DNA from: an uncultured Gammaproteobacteria bacterium
GTDB lineage: Bacteria; Patescibacteriota; Microgenomatia; UBA10105; UBA927
Length of the DNA: 64,000 nt
NCBI GenBank assembly: GCA_964445435.1
Contig: CAYUKU010000001.1
Location: forward strand, 183,751 to 247,750
Reading direction: 5' to 3'
A program made the translations under genes and the position numbers. Shown one piece after another: positions 30,054 to 38,974 of the stretch (position 1 is its first letter; every line of letters begins with the position of its first letter). A model generated the notes under the pieces. That model did no database searches and had not been told where the DNA came from. It saw nothing but the letters and a program-made list of their open reading frames with translations.

Positions 30054-31472
30054 ATGAAACGGAAGGATGTGGTTATTATCGGCGCAGGCCCCGCGGGTCT
30101 CGGATGTGCAGAAGGTTTAATCCAACGGAAAGGTGTGTCCAAGCGTCCGCGGATTCATATTCTGGAGAAAAACGACAGAGCCGGCGGGCTTGCGCGTACT
30201 TATGAGTTTAGGGGATTATTCTTTGACATCGGTCCGCATAGGTTTTACACCAGGATTCCTCGGGTATTACGTTTATGGAAAAAAGTTCTCGGAAAAAAAT
30301 TCAGAAAAGTTAGACGAAAAACAAGAATCTATTACAACGGACAGCTTTTCTCCTATCCCCTGCGTTTGAAAGACCTAACTGAACAACTAGGTGTATTGGA
30401 GTTGCTTCGATGCGCAGGAAGCTATGTGAGTGCGCAACTTATGTATTTCGGCCGGACCCCAAAAACGTTTGAAGAGTGGATTACGAAACATTTCGGCAGC
30501 AGGTTGTTTGAGATGTTTTTCAAAACATATACTGAGAAAACATGGGGATTAGCCTGCAGTTCGATAAGCGCAAAATGGGCGTCCCAACGCATAAAGAATC
30601 TTAGCATAGCAGAGTTGGTTCGCACTTCAATTCTTGGTAAGAAGCCGAACGCCAAAAGTCTGGTTCACGAATTTTACTATCCTGAAAACGGGAGCGGGAA
30701 TATGTATGAGTCATGGGTACAACAGCTAAAAAGAGAGGGTGTGAAAGTCAGTCTGGATAGCAAAGTGGAGTTTATTTACCATGAACACAAACGCATAGTG
30801 CGTATTGATTGGAAGGAGCATCACGTTCGAAAATCTCAGCACGTGGATTATCTTTTCGTTAGTATGCCTCTTGTGACGTTCGTTCAGGCGCTCAGGCCAG
30901 CACCACCTGATGAAGTAATCACGGCGGCGAATGCATTATATTATAGGGATCACATTACCGTGAACCTGCGGATAACAGGGAAGAATCCTTTTCCCGACCA
31001 ATGGTTGTATATTCATTCACCGGACGTATCCATGGCGCGAGTTACCAATTACGCGAATTTTCTTGGAGGAAAAAAGCGGAATCAGCGATATTGGCCCATT
31101 GCAGTAGAGTATTTTGCGTTTCAGAAAGATGCGATTTGGAGGAAAAGTGACAATCAATTAATTGATCTGGCGAAACGAGAGCTCTCTCATATTGGTCTTG
31201 TTGGAACAGGAGCTTTTCTTGACGGTTTTGTGGTACGAGAAACCGAGTCATACCCTGTTTACTATGTGGATCATGAAGACGCATTTAATACAATAAAAAA
31301 CTACGTGAATTCCTTCCACAACGTTGTGTGTATCGGGAGGGGGGGCATGTATAAGTATAACAACATGGATCACGCCATTGAGAGTGGGATACTGGGTGCT
31401 GATATTTTTTTCCATGCACACGCCCCTCGCCCGTGGAGTTCGCCAGATGATCGCAAATACGTTGAGGATTAA
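30054..31472 (+). CDS. FAD-dependent UDP-galactopyranose mutase (Glf)-like flavoenzyme, long form.
   Basis: VVIIGAGPAGLGCAEGL FAD-binding GxGxxG. FFKTYTEKTWG matches the UGM FRGYTEKQWG block. C-terminal IGRGGMYKYNNMDHAIESG matches UGM VGRLGTYRYLDMDVTIAEA. Confidence 0.55.
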   Translation: MKRKDVVIIGAGPAGLGCAEGLIQRKGVSKRPRIHILEKNDRAGGLARTYEFRGLFFDIGPHRFYTRIPRVLRLWKKVLGKKFRKVRRKTRIYYNGQLFSYPLRLKDLTEQLGVLELLRCAGSYVSAQLMYFGRTPKTFEEWITKHFGSRLFEMFFKTYTEKTWGLACSSISAKWASQRIKNLSIAELVRTSILGKKPNAKSLVHEFYYPENGSGNMYESWVQQLKREGVKVSLDSKVEFIYHEHKRIVRIDWKEHHVRKSQHVDYLFVSMPLVTFVQALRPAPPDEVITAANALYYRDHITVNLRITGKNPFPDQWLYIHSPDVSMARVTNYANFLGGKKRNQRYWPIAVEYFAFQKDAIWRKSDNQLIDLAKRELSHIGLVGTGAFLDGFVVRETESYPVYYVDHEDAFNTIKNYVNSFHNVVCIGRGGMYKYNNMDHAIESGILGADIFFHAHAPRPWSSPDDRKYVED

Positions 31473-32872
31473 CGAGTACTGCTGTTTCGAGAAGACGTTA
31501 TACCGCAGATGATAATATGGATGCAAAGAATGCAGTAGGTTAATGCATGGTACATCACGGGAGTCATCATGCGCTTGAATACAGGGTCAGCCTCATACAC
31601 ATAGAATGCAGTAACAAGTATCTGCGTTGCAGCAATGCTCCCTATGAGAAGTATGCTCATTTGGTTCCACGTGTTGAGCCGAACTGCATACCTTCCTTGA
31701 AAGAGAAGCAACGGAAATAAGCCTAGTGTTATATATTTGATGCTATCAAAGATTCTTTCCAGAATTCGCAGAATTCGTATTGCAGCGTCATGTCCTCCTT
31801 CAGGAATATCTATAGGTGCATGAGAAAATGAGATCTTAGGTATGGCGGCAAGTGACATGAGTGTATAGGGAAATACCTGGTCGGTGAGTATTTTTTTTAC
31901 ATATCGTTGAAGTTCATTCCGTTTTTCAATATCTGAAAAAATATTTCTATCATAAAATTCGATAAATCTGAATACGTAGTCATCACGACTAGCGGTATGA
32001 TATTCGATTAGTTTTCCATGTATTCGAGATTCTTGTGCTCCAGCGTCTAATGAAAGATTAGATTGCATAATGATGCCCAGAAGATTAATATCGCTATAGA
32101 CTGTAATGCCGCGATAACTATGTAATGAGGCATTAAGATACATATAGATCACGGGAATAACGAGAAAAGAGCAAGACAACAGTACTGTCGATTTCCATAT
32201 TTTGATTGAACGATGCATCGCACCCAATAAAATAAACGCCGCAAAAGGGATAAGCAGGAACGCCGGCCGAAGCAGGAAGCCGATAGCAGAAAATCCCCAC
32301 ATCAAAAAAAACGCCTTTCTCGTAGGCTTACGAAACGCATATATGTATGCACAAGTTTGTAAAACGATCCAGCTTGCCGCAACGCCCTCGGTCATAAGAC
32401 GGCGTTCCCATATAGCCACAGGTACATTGCCCGCGCTTAGAGCGCCAATAGCAAACGCGAGCGAAACCGGTATATGGAGTGCCAATAGCGTGTAATACCA
32501 TGCAATTATCGCAGCTAAGCCGAATACTGCCTGAAACAACAGGAGGAGATTCGCGTTTTGGTGAATATCATCAGAATCATGGTTTTTTATTCTGGACTCG
32601 ATGCTAATAAGTGAAGCTGCCAGGACTGGATATACAGGTGTACGGATAGGGTTAATTACATGAGCTAGGGTTGGTTGGGTTATTATGCGTTTTCCAATTT
32701 CGTAATATTCTTGACTGTCCGGCTCAATAGCGATACCGGGTGAGGCAGAGGCAAGAAGTGCTCGTACACCCACCGCTATGATAACGATAACAAGGCCGAG
32801 CGTGTGTTTCGATGTCATAAGCGAAGCACCCGCAGTAAATGCATGGGAGATGTTGCGTATACGCGCAGCCAC
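31469..32872 (-). CDS. Polytopic membrane protein, GT-C-like (candidate lipid-linked-sugar glycosyltransferase).
   Basis: About 11 TM segments. N-terminal loop EPDSQEYYEIGKRI resembles the ArnT/PMT D-E...Y..I.R motif. TGA/ATG overlap with the upstream Glf-like gene. Confidence 0.4.
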   Translation of the reverse strand: MAARIRNISHAFTAGASLMTSKHTLGLVIVIIAVGVRALLASASPGIAIEPDSQEYYEIGKRIITQPTLAHVINPIRTPVYPVLAASLISIESRIKNHDSDDIHQNANLLLLFQAVFGLAAIIAWYYTLLALHIPVSLAFAIGALSAGNVPVAIWERRLMTEGVAASWIVLQTCAYIYAFRKPTRKAFFLMWGFSAIGFLLRPAFLLIPFAAFILLGAMHRSIKIWKSTVLLSCSFLVIPVIYMYLNASLHSYRGITVYSDINLLGIIMQSNLSLDAGAQESRIHGKLIEYHTASRDDYVFRFIEFYDRNIFSDIEKRNELQRYVKKILTDQVFPYTLMSLAAIPKISFSHAPIDIPEGGHDAAIRILRILERIFDSIKYITLGLFPLLLFQGRYAVRLNTWNQMSILLIGSIAATQILVTAFYVYEADPVFKRMMTPVMYHALTYCILCIHIIICGITSSRNSSTR

Positions 32873-33894
32873 AGTAGAATAAATAATGTGATAAACCAGA
32901 GTCCATCTCTATAACCAATAAAAAATGCGAGAGAGACCGGAAGATAAAATAAAATCAAACTACCGGCTATTGGCCGGTAATGTGACAGCGCAAATGTATC
33001 TTGTGTTCGCATGCGAAGATGATGGTAGCCCCATGCGCAAGTCCCCATAATGATAACGAATCCGACGGTAGGTATTTCAGCCACCAAACGTAGCCCAACG
33101 ACTAATAGTCCTGCAAGTTCGACTGGAATAATGTATCGATAAAGTAATAGCTGAGCGGGTTTAATGCCCAGTGACGTTACATAGGTTTTTACGCTGGCTC
33201 GAAGATCGTTTTTATAGTCGTCTATCTGATGAAACATCATTGTCCGGATGCTAAATATTTCCGCCCAAAGCAAAAAAATAAGAAGATCCAAGATGCGTGA
33301 AACGGGTAGCAAAGCGCTAATAGCAACCACCATTGCAACGGGCCTTAGCACGAGGGAACCCACTACAATCCCCCACACGCCTTTCTCTTTGAATCGCAAC
33401 GGCGGTGCAGAATAAAAGAACGCCAGTATATAACCTATAAAGGTGAGTATCATTGGGATTGGTTTTAGTTTTTCTGTACTTACAAAAACGGCGATAATAC
33501 CTATAACGAATGTTAAAAGGAGGACGCCCCTTCTGCCGGATTGTGAAATAAGCCCCCGATGTTTATTTGATCGGCGATCCTGCGTAAAATCAAAGTAGTC
33601 GTTTGCGACAAATAGGAAGGCAAAATAGCACCATACGGATGCAAGTACGAAAAAAAAAGTATGGTACGCGACCATGCCCGTTCCCAATACGTGATCCGTA
33701 TACTGGAGATACAGGATTGGGAGAAACACAAACGGCATGCGAACATGTGCCCAATCATGCCATCGTATGTACGCACCAAAACGTTCGACACGTTCTGACA
33801 GTATCCATGCGAGCATTTTAGGGAGTGGTGTTGCGATATGTGGAGCTGATGGATATTTTTTTCGTTGAGTGGGGACAAGGTGATGCGTGGGCAT
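32815..33894 (-). CDS. UbiA-family membrane prenyltransferase (polyprenyl-phosphate or aromatic prenyl/phosphoribosyl-transferase-like).
   Basis: First Asp-rich motif ANDYFDFTQDRRS (NDxxDxxxD) and second motif HQIDDYKNDLRAS. About 8 TM segments. Confidence 0.7.
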   Translation of the reverse strand: MPTHHLVPTQRKKYPSAPHIATPLPKMLAWILSERVERFGAYIRWHDWAHVRMPFVFLPILYLQYTDHVLGTGMVAYHTFFFVLASVWCYFAFLFVANDYFDFTQDRRSNKHRGLISQSGRRGVLLLTFVIGIIAVFVSTEKLKPIPMILTFIGYILAFFYSAPPLRFKEKGVWGIVVGSLVLRPVAMVVAISALLPVSRILDLLIFLLWAEIFSIRTMMFHQIDDYKNDLRASVKTYVTSLGIKPAQLLLYRYIIPVELAGLLVVGLRLVAEIPTVGFVIIMGTCAWGYHHLRMRTQDTFALSHYRPIAGSLILFYLPVSLAFFIGYRDGLWFITLFILLWLRVYATSPMHLLRVLRL

Positions 33895-33916
33895 GGATGC
33901 TTCTTAGCCTATTCAG

Positions 33917-35056
33917 TTAGGCAGATAAGTGATTTTCCTTCTGCGGGAAGAGGTGTTTAGTGAAGATAGTTTTTGCTGGCATGTGTTTTTTGGCGAGGAA
34001 GAATGTGCAGTATTTCTTGCACGCCGGATAGAAATCCCCTCGCCGCAGCCGTTTCCGGAATGCATGATATTGGGGAGAATGCCAAAATGACTCGACAGCA
34101 CCTTTCTTGACGTTCATTTTTAGATCGAAATCCTCTGATAGTTCAAATCCGAAACCACACGGAAGCACTCTCCCGTTGCTCATGATGTCCATGATGTGTT
34201 GGACGCGATCGCAAAAGTGCGTTTTCCAATATGACGGATCAGGGTTGTCTCTGTTGTAATTCGGGTGATACTGATATATCGGGAGCACATATTGAATATT
34301 GGTTCGCGTGTGAGACTGCTTCATCATGCTCACAACCGAGCGAAGATCATTCATGGCCTGTTTCTGTTCGATGGCATCCAGCGCATATGGGCTAGGCTTG
34401 CGTAGCGATTGATCGTACGGGATAAGTGGATTGTAATAGATATCCGACGCGTTAAATTTCTCCGCAAGCTTAGCGAACGGGATGATTTCGCGATAGTTAG
34501 CTTTCTGAATGACGAAGGAAAATCGAAGTTTGGGGATAACGGTAGCATTTTGCATTTTTTGGATGTTGACGATATTTCCCAATACAAGATCGTAATGATC
34601 TACTCCGTTTACAATCTTATATACGTTTTTCGTCGCGGCGTTTATGGAAATATGCATGCTGTCCCACTTGATTTTTACGAGGAATTTGGCAAACTCTTGT
34701 GTCAATGTGCTGCCATTTGTAATGATATGCCCGTAGAGCCCCTTTTTCTTTATGGTTTCCATGAGGGTCTGAATGCCTCGAAACAGCGTTGGCTCGCCTC
34801 CTCCACAAAGTGATATTTTTTTTACAGAGGAAGGCAAAGTTTTTATCAGCCTGATATAGTCATCAATCTGAAGGTCTGTGGTAAAAGTTGCCTTCGTGAG
34901 ATGTTGTTTGATGGCAGGAGAAAGATTTTCCCTCCAGCACATAGGACAGGCGTGATTACAAATATACCCCATGGGAAATAATCTTACCTCGTCGAGTATT
35001 TCCGGTTCCCTGATTTCGTCAATAATATTGTAAACGGTAGATTTAATGCCAAACAT
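33917..35056 (-). CDS. Radical SAM enzyme with a C-terminal Cys cluster (SPASM/twitch-like).
   Basis: CNHACPMCW CxxxCxxC about 35 aa from the N-terminus, GGGEPTL glycine-rich SAM motif. C-terminal LPCGFGF...YPACKKYC cysteines. Confidence 0.75.
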   Translation of the reverse strand: MFGIKSTVYNIIDEIREPEILDEVRLFPMGYICNHACPMCWRENLSPAIKQHLTKATFTTDLQIDDYIRLIKTLPSSVKKISLCGGGEPTLFRGIQTLMETIKKKGLYGHIITNGSTLTQEFAKFLVKIKWDSMHISINAATKNVYKIVNGVDHYDLVLGNIVNIQKMQNATVIPKLRFSFVIQKANYREIIPFAKLAEKFNASDIYYNPLIPYDQSLRKPSPYALDAIEQKQAMNDLRSVVSMMKQSHTRTNIQYVLPIYQYHPNYNRDNPDPSYWKTHFCDRVQHIMDIMSNGRVLPCGFGFELSEDFDLKMNVKKGAVESFWHSPQYHAFRKRLRRGDFYPACKKYCTFFLAKKHMPAKTIFTKHLFPQKENHLSA

Positions 35057-35111
35057 ATTGATAGCGCGACGAGATTAAGCTTATCACAGCATATTCTTCA
35101 AGACAATGCGT

Positions 35112-36206
35112 TCAGGGACGATTGTTCCACCGAGAGAGGAACTGGCGATAGAGATTTGTTGCCGAGGATTCGAATACATTTTGATTAGCAGTTCGAAGTG
35201 CGTTTTGTGATAGCCGTTTGTAGGCGGATTTGTGCCTTTTCAAGTATAGTATTTTGCGCGCAGCATCATTTGAACCCTCCACAAGATATCCGTTTTCCCC
35301 GTGTCGGATTAAATGGCCGCTTACGGCGCGCGACCCTATGACGGGTTTTCCCATACCCAGATATTCAAGAAATTTCACAGGAGAGAAGTACATCGGAAGC
35401 GAAAGAAACCGCTTATACATGGCAAGACACACATTCGCATTGCGAACGAGAGCAAGAAATTGTGAATGCGGAACCGCCGACAGATACAAGGTATTTGGTG
35501 ACTGAGACGGCGAGTAATAATGATCGGAACCGACAAAAACAAATAGGATAGTCTTGTCCTCTTTCCATACGAGTTCTGCAGCGCGCGCCATGTCATCGAG
35601 CGCATGCCATGGTAGTCTGGGATCACCGCCCCACAACACGACGAATGCATCTCGTCTGATGAAATTTGCAGACAAGGCTGTAGCATGTTTCTGAGAATTG
35701 AAGGCAATTTCATCTAGAAACAAGAAGTTCGGAATTACTATTGATGCCCGAACGACAAGTGTGCGTTTAATATGTGAAAGCAGTTCCTTAGACACACAAA
35801 TGCATCCATCCACCAGTAGAGAAAGAACCGAACGCTTTAGTGTATTCTTCCAGACGTCAATACGGACAGATAGTTCTCTGGAAAAACTCAGGAGTTCCTG
35901 TGGAATTCCGTGAATTTCCCAGATAACGGGAATACCAGGAACCAAAAGTTTGACGAGGGTATACTTGTCCAATATGCCAGAACCGTCGATGCGGATAATG
36001 ACTTGACGTATTACGTGTCTCTGAGTCCAGACGGTTGCACAAACTTTCATAAGTTCCCTATTGTCGCATTGGATGTGTTTGACCGTGTAGCCGATTGTCT
36101 CAAGCAGACGCTTGCGCCGTTTTGTGTTTATGGAAACGGCATTCTGTCTGTCATCACGCGGGGTAATGTAGACTATGACATCACCATCATGAAATATATT
36201 TCGCAT
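35112..36206 (-). CDS. Glycosyltransferase family 4 (GT-B).
   Basis: FSPVKFLEYLGMGKPVIGSRAVSGHLIRHGENGYLV E-x7-E-type motif. Confidence 0.7.
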   Translation of the reverse strand: MRNIFHDGDVIVYITPRDDRQNAVSINTKRRKRLLETIGYTVKHIQCDNRELMKVCATVWTQRHVIRQVIIRIDGSGILDKYTLVKLLVPGIPVIWEIHGIPQELLSFSRELSVRIDVWKNTLKRSVLSLLVDGCICVSKELLSHIKRTLVVRASIVIPNFLFLDEIAFNSQKHATALSANFIRRDAFVVLWGGDPRLPWHALDDMARAAELVWKEDKTILFVFVGSDHYYSPSQSPNTLYLSAVPHSQFLALVRNANVCLAMYKRFLSLPMYFSPVKFLEYLGMGKPVIGSRAVSGHLIRHGENGYLVEGSNDAARKILYLKRHKSAYKRLSQNALRTANQNVFESSATNLYRQFLSRWNNRP

Positions 36207-36921
36207 AGAGCCTTAAGGCTTCCAGTCCGCCATCATAGACGATAGACCCATCATTCATAATGAGGATACGGTTGCATTGCTGTGAAAGAATTTCATGACT
36301 ATGCGTTGAGACAATAATAGTTTTTGTAGGTCCGAATTGGGTCAGGAGAGTTTGTCTAATCTTGTTCCGAAAATATTTATCTCCCACCAGAAATCCTTCA
36401 TCCAAGATCAGAATCTGCGGGTTTGCGTGAATGGCAACCGAAAAGCCAAGTCTCAATTTCATGCCAGTTGAATACGTAAACAGTGGAGCATCTATGAATT
36501 GGCGAACCTCGGCGTAGTGGATAATTTTTTGGATATCCTGCTTGAGTTGGTTTTTGGGAATCCCCAGGATCATCCCATTGAGGTATATGTTCTGTTCTCC
36601 GGTTAGATCTGAATGAAATCCTGCCTCAAGGTCTATAAGCGTAACGACCTTCCCGTGGGTTATCAATTGTCCTTCCGACTGGGCGCTAATCCCGGATATA
36701 ATTTTCATGAGCGTTGTCTTGCCTGACCCATTTGGCCCAATGATTCCGACCCTGTCGCCCTGCCATATTGTGAGATTAATATTTTTAAGGGCCCAGAATG
36801 TTTCGTTTCTACCCTTAACAAACTTTTCAACGAGGGTAGGCTTCTCGTGGTAGAGTTCATATCGTTTGTTTATGCCGATAAGCTGAATAGAAACCTGTCG
36901 TTTGGTTCGTGTACCTTTCAT
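36187..36921 (-). CDS. ABC transporter ATP-binding protein (Wzt/TagH-like, short form).
   Basis: GPNGSGKTTL Walker A, LSTGMKLRLGFS signature-like, ILILDE Walker B. Confidence 0.85.
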   Translation of the reverse strand: MKGTRTKRQVSIQLIGINKRYELYHEKPTLVEKFVKGRNETFWALKNINLTIWQGDRVGIIGPNGSGKTTLMKIISGISAQSEGQLITHGKVVTLIDLEAGFHSDLTGEQNIYLNGMILGIPKNQLKQDIQKIIHYAEVRQFIDAPLFTYSTGMKLRLGFSVAIHANPQILILDEGFLVGDKYFRNKIRQTLLTQFGPTKTIIVSTHSHEILSQQCNRILIMNDGSIVYDGGLEALRLYAKYIS

Positions 36922-36927
36922 AGGAAT

Positions 36928-37734
36928 TTACACCCAATCGTCGAAATTCTTACTTTCTCGTATGAACACGTAAATTCCAGAAATACAGGTGAGGAAAATA
37001 AGCACCATGTTTGCAAAAAATATTGCCGAACTTGGTGGGGTTGCCCCAAGTGTCCCCCACTGAAGTATCTGGGTTATGGAAACAAGCGGATTGGCCATCC
37101 ACAGCCAGGTAATTTCATCAGGGATTTGAGAAAGTGAATATACTATGGGTGTAGCGTAGAACCATACGATAAGCACTGCTTGTACGAAGAAATTCACATC
37201 CCGGTAGCGGACATTTAAAGCGCTGGTAAGAAGACTTAAGCCGACGGTAAAAATGAGGAGCATGATGAGTCCGAACGGCATAAGGGACGCCGTCATGACC
37301 GTGGTGGTACCAAGAAGAGTCACCGGAATGAGGAATAAGCAAAGCGCAATAGCAAAATGTATGGCGTTCGAGAGGACAATGGAGAGCGGAATGACCGCAG
37401 TGGGAAACGCAGCCTTCTTTATGAGGCTGCGTTCAAAGACAATGGAGGGAGTTGCTTTCGTCAAGGATGTCGAAAAGAAGTTCCACGAGAGAAGGCCAAC
37501 AAATAGATGATAAAAATAATGCTCAATCGGTTCTTTCATGAAGAACGTAAAGATAGATCCGATAACGAGCATTTGCAGGACTGGGTTGATAACCAGCCAC
37601 AGGAATCCAAATATGGTATATTTGTAGCGAGCACGCAGTTCTTTTTCTGTCATGCCCCATAACAGTTCTATGAAGTGGTGTACATCGGACCGCATGGAGG
37701 TATTATACCCTACTCTATAGAGAAGGAGTCGCAA
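36928..37734 (-). CDS. ABC-2 type exporter permease (Wzm/TagG-like).
   Basis: Six-TM profile, 268 aa, immediately upstream of the ATPase on the same strand. Confidence 0.75.
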   Translation of the reverse strand: MRLLLYRVGYNTSMRSDVHHFIELLWGMTEKELRARYKYTIFGFLWLVINPVLQMLVIGSIFTFFMKEPIEHYFYHLFVGLLSWNFFSTSLTKATPSIVFERSLIKKAAFPTAVIPLSIVLSNAIHFAIALCLFLIPVTLLGTTTVMTASLMPFGLIMLLIFTVGLSLLTSALNVRYRDVNFFVQAVLIVWFYATPIVYSLSQIPDEITWLWMANPLVSITQILQWGTLGATPPSSAIFFANMVLIFLTCISGIYVFIRESKNFDDWV

Positions 37735-37745
37735 CTATCTTCACT

Positions 37746-38345
37746 ATGTCTACTTTTGTATACACGTCTTTTATCTGTTTTCTGTTTCTACTTTCGCTGC
37801 CGCTCCAGATCGTCATCGCGTTTCTGCTGGTTGCGACGTCCGGACGACCCGTTCTGTTTATGCAGAGGCGGATCGGAAAAGATGCTAAGCCATTTACGCT
37901 CTATAAGTTCCGGACGATGAAACGGGGCGCGCACAGAGAGCAGCCACAACTGATGCGGCGCAATGAGGCCGACGGCCCTGTGTTTAAAATTCATAACGAT
38001 CCCCGCTTCACGCGGGTAGGTCGCTTTCTGGCGCACACAGGACTCGATGAATTGCCGCAGTTGTACAATGTGCTTCTTGGTGATATGGCCCTGTTTGGCC
38101 CCCGTCCTCTTCCGGTTGCGGAAGCCGCCAGGTTGAAAGGTTGGCAACGGAAACGACACGCTATCAAACCCGGCATTATCTCTCCGTGGATCGTCAACGG
38201 CTACCATGCACAGTCATTTGACGCGTGGATGAAAAGCGATATCGCGTACATTCAGAAAAAGTCGCCATGGCATGATCTTGTGCTGGCTGTCCGGACGATG
38301 AAGCTTCTAGCCCGGCTTCTTCTCAGGGAAGTTGCAAAAACATAG
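37746..38345 (+). CDS. Small bacterial sugar transferase: an initiating polyprenyl-phosphate hexose-1-phosphate transferase (PglC/WbaP C-terminal-domain type).
   Basis: RPVLFMQRRIGKDAKPFTLYKFRTM, DELPQLYNVLLGDMALFGPRPL and PGIISPW blocks are diagnostic of the monotopic PGT family. One N-terminal re-entrant helix. Confidence 0.85.
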   Translation: MSTFVYTSFICFLFLLSLPLQIVIAFLLVATSGRPVLFMQRRIGKDAKPFTLYKFRTMKRGAHREQPQLMRRNEADGPVFKIHNDPRFTRVGRFLAHTGLDELPQLYNVLLGDMALFGPRPLPVAEAARLKGWQRKRHAIKPGIISPWIVNGYHAQSFDAWMKSDIAYIQKKSPWHDLVLAVRTMKLLARLLLREVAKT

Positions 38346-38384
38346 ACTGATAGCGTCTTTCCCGGTACAATACGAATCCTTCCT

Positions 38385-38882
38385 ATGGCAGTTCATCCTG
38401 AACGATCACTGCGAAAGCTTACCGTACCCATGCGGCGGGCAATCCGTACCCATATCCCCCGCGAAACACGGCAAACTCTTGCGAAAGTCGCCCGTATTGC
38501 CCGCACGGGTGTCATATTTGCTTCGGTCGTAACAGCTGCAGGAGCGGCAGCGTATGACTACATTGCACATGCCCGTGGGCAGGACGGATTAACCCAGGGG
38601 TATGCCTGGGGAGCAGTGGCGCGGGATAACTGTATCGAGGCTGCTTGGATCGCGTCGCATCGAGTGGACCCGGATGAATCGGTACGTCTTCATGTGCGTT
38701 CGTATGTTGAAGACGCCTTTCAAGAAGGAGTTGTGGCTGATCTTTCCGGCTTGCCCCTCCAAGCCGGTCACGCGGAGTTTTGCTTTGAAGAAGGCGAGCT
38801 TCCCCGCGCCCGGGTGATTTTCCAGGCGGAAAACGGTGGCGTCAAAGGTCAGGAGCAGCGCTACGAGGTAGAAAATCCGTGA
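38385..38882 (+). CDS. Hypothetical protein with one TM segment, GC-rich.
   Basis: ORF with TM GVIFASVVTAAGAAAY. No motif recognised. Confidence 0.35.
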   Translation: MAVHPERSLRKLTVPMRRAIRTHIPRETRQTLAKVARIARTGVIFASVVTAAGAAAYDYIAHARGQDGLTQGYAWGAVARDNCIEAAWIASHRVDPDESVRLHVRSYVEDAFQEGVVADLSGLPLQAGHAEFCFEEGELPRARVIFQAENGGVKGQEQRYEVENP

Positions 38883-38974
38883 TACATGCCTGTTGACAAG
38901 AGAGAACGAAGAGTGGTACCAATGATATGGTCTGATATTGACAAGCTGTATAGTAGTTGATACTATAGGTTTGT

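Noticed and set aside
33917-35056. Radical SAM protein as EpmB (lysine 2,3-aminomutase) partner of the EpmA-like gene, or as a RiPP maturase.
   Set aside because: Its Cys motif CNHACPMCW and SPASM-like tail do not fit KamA/EpmB. No adjacent short precursor-peptide ORF was found. Its position inside the glycan module favours a sugar or lipid-tailoring role.
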